NCBI GenBank assembly: GCA_036172245.1
Contig: JAYWIR010000022.1
Coordinates: 62,001 to 126,000 of the forward strand
DNA from: Raillietiella orientalis
Lineage: Eukaryota
DNA length: 64,000 nucleotides
Direction: 5' to 3'
Position 1 is the stretch's first letter, and each line of letters begins with the position of its first letter. Below the pieces are notes generated by a model. That model was not told the DNA's origin. It did not search any database and saw nothing but the letters and a program-made list of their open reading frames with translations. The position numbers and the translations under genes are program-made. Below, piece by piece: positions 9,744 to 21,930 of this stretch.

Positions 9744-12700
9744 GCTCCCAATGTTGGTTCTGCTTTGAAAGAGTTTTCGGAGCGTTTCCAAGTGCTTTGG
9801 TGTCCAAATGCTTTTGAGTCAGCGTTCGTCCATGACAAGAAAAAAAAACGAAATCCGTAACGACACGAAAAGCGTCGGTAACAACTTGGAAGATCCAAGA
9901 ATGGTGTCCCATGCCAGATTACTTTCTTTATTTATTTGTTCTTTACTTATTTGCCGTTCTTTATGTATTTTCGTATGGCTTTCATTGATTTAATGATGTT
10001 TGCAATTTTTTGGCATGAGTTTTCGCAATTTATTCTATTCCTGTGATCAATTTAGCTGAAATTTCTTTGGATTCTTCGGTTTCATGTTTGGTTTGCTTGC
10101 CTTTCCCAAATGCCGACAAATTTAATCTTCACTTTGTAAGCCTCACGCCGTCGTCATGTGTATTTTTTGTTCCTTCGAATTTTTACAAATTTTATTTTTA
10201 TCTGTAGTTGTTTTTGTGTGCCTTTTTAATGTGTGACCTTGTTGCGAAAGGTTTTGGTCTTTTTAAAAAAAAAAACATTTTTTTTTTCCTTATTAGTTCG
10301 AGTTCATTTGGATATGAAAGTATGGCTGCCACTACGCTAGGGTCATGATGATGACTGTGGCTGGGCTCCTGCGGTGGTATTCGTTGCTCAGGGCGATTGC
10401 TTCGTCTGCCACTGTCTACGATAGTCTGGCTTGCTCCAAAACATTGGAACAGTATGCAGAATGTGGACTGGGATACCCACAGGCTTAAGTGGCCACCTTT
10501 ACCTTACTTTTCCCACTGGCTTCTCCCATGTCCCGCGGTGTAGAGGGCTGTGACTTTGTTACGAAGACGGCCGCTACTCACCAGCAAGTGCAGTTCGCAA
10601 AACGTCACTTGAAAGCTTCTCCTGAAATCCAAGATTTGCAGTTCCAGTATAAATGTGGGGTTTGCCGGGCAATAATCCAGTCGAAAAAACCGTTCGCCCA
10701 TGAAGGCCCTGATGATCCAGCTCCATCTTCTGTTCCTGTGGTTTGGCCACCAATCTTCGACATCCCACTTTGTTTCAATGGCAGGGTACCTGACTGTGGA
10801 ATGAGCTTTGGTAGCAGAAGAAGGCTTCTGAACCATAACCTTCAGCATGACCGGACAGAGAGGAGCACAATTAAAATCTCTGCATTCCCGTAAAATACTG
10901 TAGAAGAAAAAAACATATGCAGAAGATAAGGAACCTGAGAATTCTGCAGAAGTGAGCAGGACAACAAGAATGCCGCAAGAGAGTCGGCATTCATCATCGT
11001 CGAATGATGGGACGTATCTCTGCGAGACGCCTCCCTTGGAACCCTGCTTGCATGGTGTTGAAAACTCTCAACAAGAACATTGACAACAGCAGGTAGGTTT
11101 TGAGAGGGCAGCTTTGAGAGGTCCACGGCGAATCATTGGAAAAGTTGAGATGGGGTAATTTTTCTCTGAAGCCACTCTCTAAGGACAAGGATATTCTTCC
11201 TTTATTCCGGGCGAGTGGACAGGGAGACTTCCTGGACATTGAGCAACTCTCGAAGCCCATCATTGAAGACGCAAGTGAGGGGGAATCTACAGAGATAGCT
11301 CCTGTTGTGACGACGGAATCCAAACAGAGAAAGCTTGTAGGTGAAACCCTCCAGCCAGAAAGTACGATGCGCATCTCAAAAGTAAAGGAGGATCGGATAT
11401 AAAGAAATAACAAATAAGAGAAAGTCTTCGTATCACTTTTCTACGCAGTAACCCTTTTTTCCCAACACTTTTGATACCGTGGGAGAAGAAGCTCTTTTAA
11501 ACCCTCTGTATGAAATTCCGCCTCCTGCGGGTTCATCCAGTTCTTCACTGCAATTTTCAACTCCTCACTTTCCTCGAATCGTTGAGATGGAAGAAACCAC
11601 TTCTTGAGGCGCAGGAAGGAAGAGGTAGTAGTCACTGTACGCGAGGTCAGAACTGGGAGATCAAAAAGCTCCCATTTCAATTTCTGAATTGTCTGGAATG
11701 TGCCGACAGCATATGTTGCCTCGTTTTCGTGGAGAACACCTCCTGATCCCAGCATTCCACGTCGTCGGTTCTGAATGGTACGCCGCAGTTTTGAAAGCGT
11801 TTCACAGTAGACTTGCGAAGTGGTGGTTGCTCCGGTTCCATAAAGTCCACAAAAAGCACACCCTGAAAAAAAAACACACACACACACACACATTCTTTTG
11901 GTACCACACGCTGCTGTTAGCGCATTCCAGACAATTCAGAAATTGAAATGGAAATTTTCTGATCTCCCACCTTACAATCCTGACCCTTTTGTCTGTAGAA
12001 CCACTGATACATTTTTTTTCTCTTATTTGTTATTTCTTTATATCCGATTTTTGAGATCAGCCTCGTATGAGGAAGAAGCGTAAAAAAGGAGGGTCAAGGC
12101 AACCAGATTACTCCGGAAAATTTACGGAAGAGAGGAAACAACTCGAGGAACTGCAGAAAGATTTTTTATTTATTTATTGTGTCTTCCCTGCGTTTCAAAC
12201 CTCCACAGAAGTGGTCATCCTGTGGAGGTTTGACGTGATGGTCATCCCCAACGAACTTTTTCTTTTGGGATACATTTTTATATGTAAGGTGCACTCTTCC
12301 CCTGATTGGCAGTGTGTTTTTTAAGTAAAGGTCCCGCCGTACCGGGTACAAACCAGAAAGCGGATACGAAGCAGTGGGAGGTACTTGAAAACGCTCATGA
12401 CGCGTTCATAATCAGAATTCACAACGAGTTGAAGGTCAAACCTCCTGAAGGTTATACTAAGAGGCTGCAGATCGACATGGGCAACAACTCCCAAATCCAG
12501 AAGCTGTACGGGTTGAACAGAAGGAGAGTATTTCGCTGCCATCATCGGTCAGCAAGACCTTCGTTGCTCCATTGATGCTGGAGTGGTCGAGAAGCACTTT
12601 CACGAACATTCGGATTTCTCGGTGTCGAGAGATCATGAATTTCTCCAAGATTTTCTCCACTGGGGAGAAATGCTGAAGTTCTCTGGAAATGTCTTCCCTT

Positions 12701-15108
12701 TTAGTAGAAGAGGTTTCTGAATGGCTAAGAAAGGCGGAGAATTCATCGTCTGGGCTTGATGGCATCACCTACTCCGGACAGAAGATGGTTGACGCTGAAG
12801 CACCTTACTAACTCCGATATTCAACATTCTGTTCAAATCCACCGTCATGGAAGTGTACCAGGACGATTCTACTTCCGAAAGGATCTGAAACTTCCTTAAA
12901 CATGTCGTGCTGGAGACCGATCTCGGTTAGCAACAGTGCCTATGGACTCTATGACAAGTGTTGGTCAGCTCGCCTCAGGGATTGGATCCTCGAGAACACT
13001 GTATGCCCCACAACAAAAAAGCTTTCTTCCATTTGATGGAGTTTTAGATACAACTTCGTGCTGCAGACTAAATTGGACCACAAAAGGCGTTCGTTGAAAG
13101 ATCTTGGACTTGGGTAATGCCTTTGGTAGTGTTTGTCACGAAACTCCTAAGAACACTATTAGAAGCTGGAGTAGCAGAACTTTATATGGAGTTAGTTAAA
13201 AAAAATCCGATATCTCCACCTACGTTCAGCTGGAGTCTGCGGTTTCTGGATCGTTCTTTCTCCAGCGTGGAGCAAAAAACAAGGCAGCCCGTTGAGTTTT
13301 TTGCTCTCTATAGTCTCCCTAGAACCACTTCTACGGGAAATGAGGGAGAGTTGTGGAGAAGAAGAGACTCTCCTGGTGTATGTTGATGGTCATCTTGACA
13401 GAAAAGGAAGATGACTTTGAGGTCAGGCTAAGTCATTTTGAGGATTTGGCGTCGCGTTCATCAGTCCTTCCAAGTGCGTCGACTTGTTCTGTTACGGGAA
13501 AACTTCTCGTGGATTAAAACAAATACTGCTGGAAGTTGGGAATGAATCAATTCCAGATATCTCGGTAGCTGAGGCATACAGATATTTGGGAAAACCGTTC
13601 CCAATTGAGGTTTTCGACACCGTCCCCTTGAAGGAGGATATTTTACAAAAAACTGAAATCATTCTGAACAACTCGACTTCACCCCTCGCAAAAATTGGTT
13701 GCAATGAAAACGTTCTTTTTTCGTAGTCTCATGCGTTTTCAGAGGTTAGGAACGAATCCAAAAGGAGATTGAAAGTTAGTGGACAGAGAGATTGGGAGGA
13801 TGGTGAAGACTATGTTGCATCTACCTGCAAACCTGGCAACCAGCATCCATACGGGATCGAAAAAGGGATGCCTGGGGTTGAAGTGGCATCAAATGAAGCA
13901 GACACCTTCACTGTTGATAGCTGCTTTAAACCCCTGACATCTCCTCATGTCGCGGTCAAAGAACTTGCTAAGAAGCCACTCCGAGAGGTGGTGATTAAGA
14001 AGATTCTACAATCAACTTCGGATGATGACCCTGGAAGATTCCTCTCTGGCGACACTTCTGGAAAGTTTTCTCATATTAGTAAGGATATAAAAAGTAACTG
14101 GATTACAGGAAAACAAGCTTCCCATCGCATTTCGACAACGTGGAGCTTTCTGGATGGCGAACTCAGAATTCAAGTTGGTGATTTAACCTTCGACTCGTCT
14201 TCAAATTCACCGCAGAGGTGCGCAACGCACAAAGATGAACGCACGTGGCTGGAACTGGCAAACGAGCATCCATATCAAGGAAAGATCATGTGATGCACTG
14301 GATTTCATCTTTCGTCCAGCTACTTTCTAACTAATGGGGAGTATATGCTCTTTGCCGACTTCCGATTCATCCATGCCGCAAGACTGAATCTGCTTCCAAT
14401 TCGGGGCGTGAAGGCCCCTAGCAGATAGAGCATGACAACGTTGTGTAGCTTGGGATAGACCCTGCCTCATATAGTCAACCACTGCATCAGTTCTCTCCTA
14501 TACACGCCTAGGCATAATACCATAGTTGAAAGAATATCAGCAGCGGCTAAGGATATAGCAGGATGGAAGTTGGTGTCGGCCAACAAAACTGTGCCTGGAT
14601 CCGATTCCATCCTAAGATGGAATCTAGTATTGCAGAAGGCGAATTACATAATTATCTTCGAAGTCTTCTGTCCTTTGGAATAAGGAAGGAGTGCTCAGCA
14701 TAATAAGATTGGAAAAGGGAGCAAAATGCCAGGAGATAGCACTTCTGTTTGTGAGAAAATGTCTTCAGCCCCAAGTCTGTGCGTGTATTATAGGTTCATT
14801 AGGATCGTCGGACCCCCGGAACGATGGAGTCATTCATGAATTGGCGCATCCCGAGATTGAATGAGGATAAAATGAGGCACCTAATGGTGACCTCATGTAT
14901 CCGACACAGTAGGGATATCCATTTGACGCACAATCTAGGACATCACCCAGATGACGCCCGTAATCTGCAACGAGGGAATGCAGCAGACGAGAAAAGCGTC
15001 TCTTTTAATTTATGAAGGTTGATCACTATCTTAGCCCAAGAAAGAGACATATGCCAGAGCCATTCAGTCATTGTTTTTTTCATATATTTTATATCTTACT
15101 GCAATAAA
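9744..15108 (+). mobile_element. Utopia-type (U2 snRNA-targeting, R2/NeSL-like RLE clade) non-LTR retrotransposon, near full length, inactivated
   Basis: Motifs in order: N-terminal zinc fingers YKCGVC..H (~10650) and PDCGMSFGSRRRLLNHNLQH (~10790-10850); IQKLYGLNRRRVF (~12495); SSGLDGITY (~12745); WKCTRTILLPKG (~12850); WRPISV (~12911); QKAFLPFDGV (~13015); KQGSPLS (~13280); YRYLGKP (~13577); IHAARLNLLP (~14370); TLPHIVNHC..RHNTIVERI (14460-14540); IGSLGSSDP (~14790); SRDIHLTH (~14910). Ends AATAAA (15103-15108) directly before the U2 3' part. Numerous stops and frameshifts. Confidence 0.88.
11365..12065 (-). mobile_element. Mariner (Tc1/mariner) non-autonomous fold-back derivative nested in Utopia
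   Basis: TA on both sides (11363-64, 12066-67). Ends CGATGCGCATCTCAAAA and TTTTGAGATCAGCCTCG are imperfect inverted repeats, extended by an inverted ATCGGATATAAAGAAATAACAAATAAGAGAAA block. The - strand encodes a mariner transposase C-terminus (GVLFVDFMEP, YCETLSKLRRTIQNRRRGML, LKKW..QRF, EGLKELL.RYQKC). Confidence 0.9.
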
Positions 15109-15143
15109 TCTGCTCTTATCAGCTTGATTCCTGAAGTTCCACC
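15109..15143 (+). pseudogene. U2: U2 snRNA 3'-of-insertion fragment (nt ~40-75), truncated
   Basis: TCTGCTCTTATCAGCTTGATTCCTGAAGTTCCACC resembles arthropod U2 TCTGTTCTTATCAGCTTAACATCTGATAGTTCCTCC (recalled). No Sm site recognisable downstream. Confidence 0.8.
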
Positions 15144-15149
15144 TTTCTG

Positions 15150-18100
15150 AAAGTCATGCCATAAGCAGGACACATCAATATATCTTCAACATATTGAACC
15201 ACTGCAGATGCAAGAATGGATAGAACACACCCGTTACTGCGCAATCGGAAGAAAAATAGCAAGGACGGAAACCAGGCACAAAGGGGGATATTCCCGGTTG
15301 AGAGAATCCACTATCACAACAACTGAAGAAAATACCACTTTTCAGAGCATCCTTCTGGAGAAAGAGAAAGGATCAGCGGAATAAAGTATACCCTGATTGT
15401 TCAAAGCAAAAACTCTGAACCATGGATATTGTACAATCCCATGAAATAGAATCCACGTCGAAGGAATGGAGGGTGTAACAAATAATGCAGCAAGGAAAAA
15501 CAGCAGGGTATACTCTTCCAAGACCTCCCACGCGACGACTCAACAGAACTTCAAGGGATGCATCCCATCACAAACAGAAAAACCGTGAAACACCCAACGG
15601 AAAACTAATCCCTCGAAACAAATCCACAATTTGCTGTGTGCTAGGCAAAAAAGGAGGAAGAGAATTCGCGAAATTTTGTGCATCCACCACCAAACATGCT
15701 ACCGGAATTCATGCAAGGCAACATCCCACAGGTACACGTATGAAAAGACCGTCTTAATAGACTTCACCCACGACAACAAGGAGACCGTACAATATGACTC
15801 CTCAGAGACCTCGAATGACACCATTCTATTTGATCCCAAATACCATGAAGCCACGAAAGTACGCGACAACCCTCACATATTCGTATTCAGTCGCCGTCGA
15901 GGCAGGTCATAGGAGGTGAGCATAAAGGAGGAACTGCCAATGGTTACTCCTAGGTGAACCAGGAGGAATCCTCTACAGATACCAGCAATAGGGGAAAAGA
16001 GGTTCGTTGATGGATGCAGGCAAGTGAAAGAGATGAGCAGTGGCGATGCTGATGGAGCATGGCAGGAAGGATGTACGGAGATGATACGGGTGCTCAGAGA
16101 ATGCAGCTACTGGAGCTGAAGCAGCATTCAGCACTAGGAAAGCCGCTGAGGTGGGAGAGCTGGCTGAGGGACATCGACGAAGCGAGAACCGTGGAAACGG
16201 AGAACTGGTAGCTCCTCCTTCCTCTAATTTTTCATTGTACTGCCAAACAGAGAACAGAAAGTCTTCCACATAAAACACCGAGAGGACCAGAGATGAAATC
16301 AAAAGGCTGTGGTACCTTTATTGTCTTCATAGAAGGGAGGCACTGATGACGGTGTGCAAATCCTGGATTCCTCTCCGTCCGCATCTCCTGCACACTGACG
16401 ACAGCGTGCATGAGACGCGGATTTTTAGCACGTGAGGCCGTTCGTGTATGAAGGGCACGATTGCATCTCTCCCTTTCCGTCGAGGTCGGCATGAAGAAAA
16501 GGACCATGGCATTTCGCGGAGACACGAGGAGCAGGAAAGATCCTCGTCCTGTAGTTTGGCAAGCGTATGAAAGAGGGATCGGGTGGGAGAAAGAAAATCA
16601 TCCTGTGATGGGCAGCCCTTCAAACCTCCCGCGGTGCTCAGATGTTCAAAGCGAAGAGGCTACCTTCCTTGCCTTCTTGGAGATTGGGGACGAGAGGTGG
16701 GAGGAGGATGATAAGGAGCAGATGGGGTTGCTTGCCAGGATTCCTCGAGAGGCCACTCTTCCCTCCAGGAAGCCGAACGTTCCAGCAGAAAGGGAGCACG
16801 TGGAAGTGCTGTCTTCGACAATGCCTTCAGTGGACTTGGACGGTCCCTGCTCGTCGACAGCAAGGCCAAGCAGGAGCCTGTGTCATCCGTGGCATCATCT
16901 CCACCGAAAGATGGTTCTGCGTCCGCCACAGCAACCCTTACGACCGAGGAGGAGGAACACCAATCAGGAAACCATCCGAGATGCATCCATCCCTTCCCGG
17001 CATGCTCCTCCTGCCTGGCCGCCTTCCAGTGCCCTCGAATGCCCACTCCGGACCTGGTATGCTGAGTGAACTTCCGTATCTGCTAGAGCAAAATATTTTG
17101 GGATGGGGGAGGTTCTCAGGAGAAGGTGTGCCCCTACCCGCGTGCAGATCCTCCTGCTGGACCTTTTTTGCAGGCATGCCCACCCCTTACCAGGGTTCGG
17201 AGCTGCACAATTCGATCTCCACCCCCCGCGGTGTCTAGCAACAGCGCCCAGTAGTTCCTAGGCCCACTTCACTGGGAGCAAGAAGGGATCTAGCCCCACC
17301 CGGAAGCAGCTTTTAGCCACTCCCGGGCTTGAGGAAATCCTCCCTGAGAGCTGGGCAGTGCCACGTGGTTAGCCGAACTGAGTCCCCCTCTGCACACGAT
17401 CCACTGGGAGCAAGGCACTCACGTCTCGACCACTCTGAGATTCAGCCAAGGACGCGGATCTCGCCGTGCGTGGTCCAAAAGTCTCGACCTCGCTTTCTCC
17501 TCCGCTGGTCACCTACGCACCTGCAGCTTACGTTGTGTACATCCCGGGTGAAGTAGCCGGGAGCGACGGTCCAAGTGGAGGAAAGTCGTCTGCTATGCGC
17601 GATCTCACCCGCGAAGTCTCAACCTCTTCCCTCAGAGCACGAGAGACGCCTATTGCTGGCACGCCCACCTACCGCCCTGCAAGTCACGCTGAAACTGCCC
17701 GCGGGTCCATAGCGCACGACTCTCATCACGTGTGTCCAGAAACATCCCCAAAGCCACCCCAAACATCCTGGAAGTGTGAATGCTGCCTTCCACCGATCAA
17801 GCATACAGCACGTACGCTCTCCGGAGTCAGTGACATACGGAACTTTGCTTGTTGCACTGAAGGGTCTGTTAGGGATAACGGACGACGCGCCTCTCCGACT
17901 CTGAGGAGAGCTGACGGGAGGCCAAGTCTGCGCAGGCTAAGAATCCTCTACGCTACCCTCCTCGGGCACAGCCGGCGTTCTTCGGACCGCTTCGACGCTC
18001 CTGGTCCACCAAAATTCGCAGACTCTGAGCTAACTGTTGAGCTGGGTGATCTCTTTATTGCCCGCTCCCCCTCCAGAGGGCTAAGAGCCCACGACTTGCG

Positions 18101-18300
18101 CACTGGTCGTTACTTCTCGTGCTGTATTGTAGAGCGAGAACGTAGGGCACGTCCGAGTGGCCTTCCTGACGGAAAATGAGACGGTACGAAACGGATGCTT
18201 GGAGGTAGCAGCGATCTGCGACTCCAACCTCTAGCTACGAGCAGCCAGTTCCGATGCAGAGGGGATTCGCGCCCTCGAAGATGTGGGGCTGGTGCCCGAC
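15150..18300 (-). mobile_element. Possible second highly decayed LINE (L1/Tx1-like ORF1 knuckle region)
   Basis: Knuckle-like CNRALH and VCRRCGRRG at ~16370-16470 and weak endonuclease-start similarity near 15870-15900. Otherwise not recognisable. Confidence 0.3.
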
Positions 18301-18974
18301 ATGCATCCGGACCACTCGTGACAACAACTTGCCTGACTTGACCCCGCACTACGACTTCCGGGACACGAAACCGAAAACTCGAAACGCAAGAGCGCACGGA
18401 AATGTTTCGCTTCAGCCCGTCACCGCGGCCCCACGACGGCAACGTGGCGCTGTAAATGGAAGCGTGGATGTCCCCAAGTTCTCTGCGAACATCAAGGGAA
18501 ATCACAAAGGAATGCATGCATCAAATTCTTTAATGACGAACGTTGAGAACTTGCGGTTTCTTCACACTTGCTCTCAGAAGAACAAAGATTCCAGCAACTA
18601 GGACGAAACCGTTGGACTGCTAAGGTGCTCAAAAGTTGCAGTTTCCTAGGCAGCATTTCGCAAGTGGGAAAAATAAAGCAGTGCAACTGACAGGAATGCA
18701 CAAACGCGCAGATACATAGGTTAAAGGAGAGAGAGAGAGAAAAAAAAAAAAACTTGTCTGTAGATTCGTCGATTTCGGTTAGAGAACACACTAGCAATGG
18801 TCTAGCAGTGCCAACGGAATTATGTACGTATGGAATCCAAAATGTGCTTTGTAGGTTGACAGTTTACACAAACACTTCTTGCAAACGTGAGTTCACACAA
18901 GAACGACACAACACTTCGATTTGCTTTGAAACTGCCGCAAAATCTGAACACTCACATCGAGTCAAGTGGCTGAA

Positions 18975-19495
18975 CTACAGTTTACAGTAATAGAATTTTC
19001 TTCTTTCCGGACAACACAGAAGGTGTTTGTTTCTATTTTTACGAGTGCTAAAGCGGAAATGGCAATGCTGGCACACAAATCTGTTTCTCTCGCACAAATG
19101 CGTTTTTATATGCCACAAATATTTATAACGTGTGGAACATACAGCTGGACATGCTTTGCACAAATACTTGGGGAGGGATCTCATGTAACGGTACAGCTGA
19201 TTGCATACTATGTATCCGTACTGATAACTAAATGCAGCATCTTGGAGGAGAACAGTGCACTTTCGCAGGGCATGCGAATCGGCTGTACACTTCCAGTATT
19301 CGTCCGACCCATCCGCATCACCCTGCACTAATGGAGTGAGTGCGAGACTGCTCGACGTGTGTACATCATGGGAGTTGCCCTGTCCCGAAACGCAAACATT
19401 TAAAGCATTCTCACAAGGGAAGCTCAAACTCTCTGAATCTGAGAAGAGGCACTTTCTCACGACCTTAAGCTCGTCTAGTGGAGGTGACTGGCACA
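18975..19495 (-). CDS. C2H2 zinc-finger protein, last coding exon (possibly truncated or decaying)
   Basis: Two canonical fingers YLCKACPAVCSTRYKYLWHIKTH and FVCQHCHFRFSTRKNRNKHLLCC. Acceptor TTCTTTTCAG at 19496-97 is in phase with the upstream exon (G|TG = Val). Confidence 0.65.
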
Positions 19496-19572
19496 CTGAA
19501 AAGAACTAACTATGTAACCTAGCAGCAATAATAAATGATCCTCAATTCCAACCAAAAATAATTTCAAATTAC

Positions 19573-19870
19573 CATGTCTGCTGGTTGGGTTGGTGGCCAC
19601 TGCGAATGGAGAACTTTTGAGAGGCTTTAAGGAATCACAGTAGGTCGGACTCTTAGATTTCTGTTTATGACTAGTATTTACAACCTCATCAGTTATGGAC
19701 GAGGCATTTCCAGAGTCAAGTATTTCATCAACTATTGTGTCACATTTCTTGTGATGTACCAATATTTCATGCATCGACCATTGCAAACACGTATGAAATA
19801 TTTGATTACATTCACATGTGTAAAATCGTTCGCTATTCATACTGAATGTAGAACACACATGAGGCCCCAT
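19573..19870 (-). CDS. C2H2 zinc-finger protein, first coding exon
   Basis: ATG directly after a TTTTTTTAG acceptor; finger-like YTCECNQIFHTCLQWSMHEILVH; donor G|GTAATT at 19572 gives a 77-nt intron. A non-coding exon (19964-20000, AG/GTGAGT bounded) and an ETS-like CGGAAGTG (20282-20289, -) lie upstream. Confidence 0.6.
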
Positions 19871-21930
19871 CTAAAAAAACAAACAATCAGTAAGCAACAG
19901 GAAAAAAAAAATCATCATCAAAAAAACATCAAAAAAAAAAAAAAACCTTATTTCGATACTCACATTACTAGTCACTCATCCTCAACAAGTTCTCGACCGA
20001 CTAAACCAGAGAAATTAACGATGGTTTGCTCACTTATCATAGATCTAATCTATTTTAAGGTTATGTTCACTCCCAGAACCAAAAAAGCCTAATTTCAGAG
20101 ACACTCGACATTTCGACTGCACGTTGTTTTCATCTTATTTTATTTTTTTTGCGAATACGCTGAAGATCACAACAGATCGACGAAACACATATGTTGTGAG
20201 CAAGTTTTTACTTCGGCAACCTGCAAACTCATACTCAACTTGTGTTTAAGACCTCGGAGCACTGGAACGGCCAACAAACCACACTTCCGTGTGCGCTTAC
20301 GGTTTGCCCTGTACACCAAGGAGTGCACACTTTCTAAAAGAGCTGATTGGAAACTGTAATTCTGGAACAGGAATTTGAGCTTTTGTCAAAGGACCGAATA
20401 GGGTTCCATTGTCTTCCTCTGCAAATCCGATTTCGTTTCTTGTACCCTTTTAATTACGTCCTTTAATTAGAACATCATCCCTGAAATTTTCATTTCCCGC
20501 CTGTTTATTGCAAGGGCCATCAAAAGTCATGAGGGAACCGAAATCACCAGCACACTTGAAACACATGCCTTTGCAACACAACACTGATTTTTCCGGCACG
20601 TACACTCTCGCATGTCTACACAACTATATACGATTCACACTCTCACGCGTACAGAATTCGTGCTTGATAATTCTGCATAAAATACCTGCAACAGGCAAAC
20701 ATAATTTAAGCTAAAATTAATTCTGACTAACAGGAGAGCATTCAGTGGTGACTAAAAAAAAAATCTATAAAATAAAAAAAAGGATGAAAAACTGGCAAGA
20801 GTATACAAATAAGAAATCTGGCAGAAAAATGAAGGAAACGCCATGACCTAAAGAATGACCTGTCATTCGCAAATCTAAAATAGCGCCAACATGAAGATTT
20901 ATCTAAAACACTGATAATGCATGCCACCAGGATTAGCAGTCCAAAGAGATTTTTACGTTGCCTATAATGAAATAGTAAAACATATCTGGGCTCCTCCTAG
21001 TGTTAATATAATTTATTTCAATAAACATCGGGAAGAAGGAACTTTCATGTCTGTGCTTTATTTGTTTACAATATTCTCTCCTCTCAGTAATTTGTCCCTA
21101 CAGCTAACCATGCTGAGAATATGTTCTTCTTCTTCTTGTCTGACATCACATAAAGTCTTTCCTAATTCAGAACCTTAAGTCAAATCTTGCAAACGCATAC
21201 CATCTCGAGTGTTACAATTATCTTAGCCTTAATAATTTCAAGCAATCTTTATCTTCAGCTAACAGTTCACATCACAAATATGGCCACCACATAGTATGAG
21301 GATATGAATTTTACTTGATTGTGTGCTCGATTTCTGGGCCAAATTGAGATAAAGTTTCGAATTGTCCATTGGATTTTCTTGAAATTTGTGATTCTTATGT
21401 TTTTCTTTTAGTTTTTTGCCAACGAAAGTCTACAAAATAAAAGTAGTAACATGCTACACAACAATCGAGTTGCTTTAAAGCATGGTTTTGCACACTAATG
21501 CATAGATAAGCTTCTTCAGCTGCCATTTTAAATGCTTGTATTACTCCAAACATAATGTTTACATGAGCTTTCAGTCTTGGAATGTCCACCAAAATTTGTG
21601 ACAGCAATTCCAATTTTCCTTTCTCTTACTGAACAAATCTAAACACACAAAACTCTGATCCTGTGACAGAGGAAGTGAAAACTGGCTTGCCTCCATTGTT
21701 TTGCAATGATAATGAATAGTGTCATCTTTAAATTAACTTTGTTGTTTTATTTTACATAACCCTACCACTCCTAGAATATACAACTGTCATGTTCTTAGCT
21801 GGCACAATATCAAATTCATTCACTGAACCAACCTAATCATTCCATGTCTGATAATCATTTCGGACTTGATCCATTTGCCTGCTTATCTTTACAATGGTTT
21901 AGAGAATACTATTTTGTTTTTTTGTTTGCA

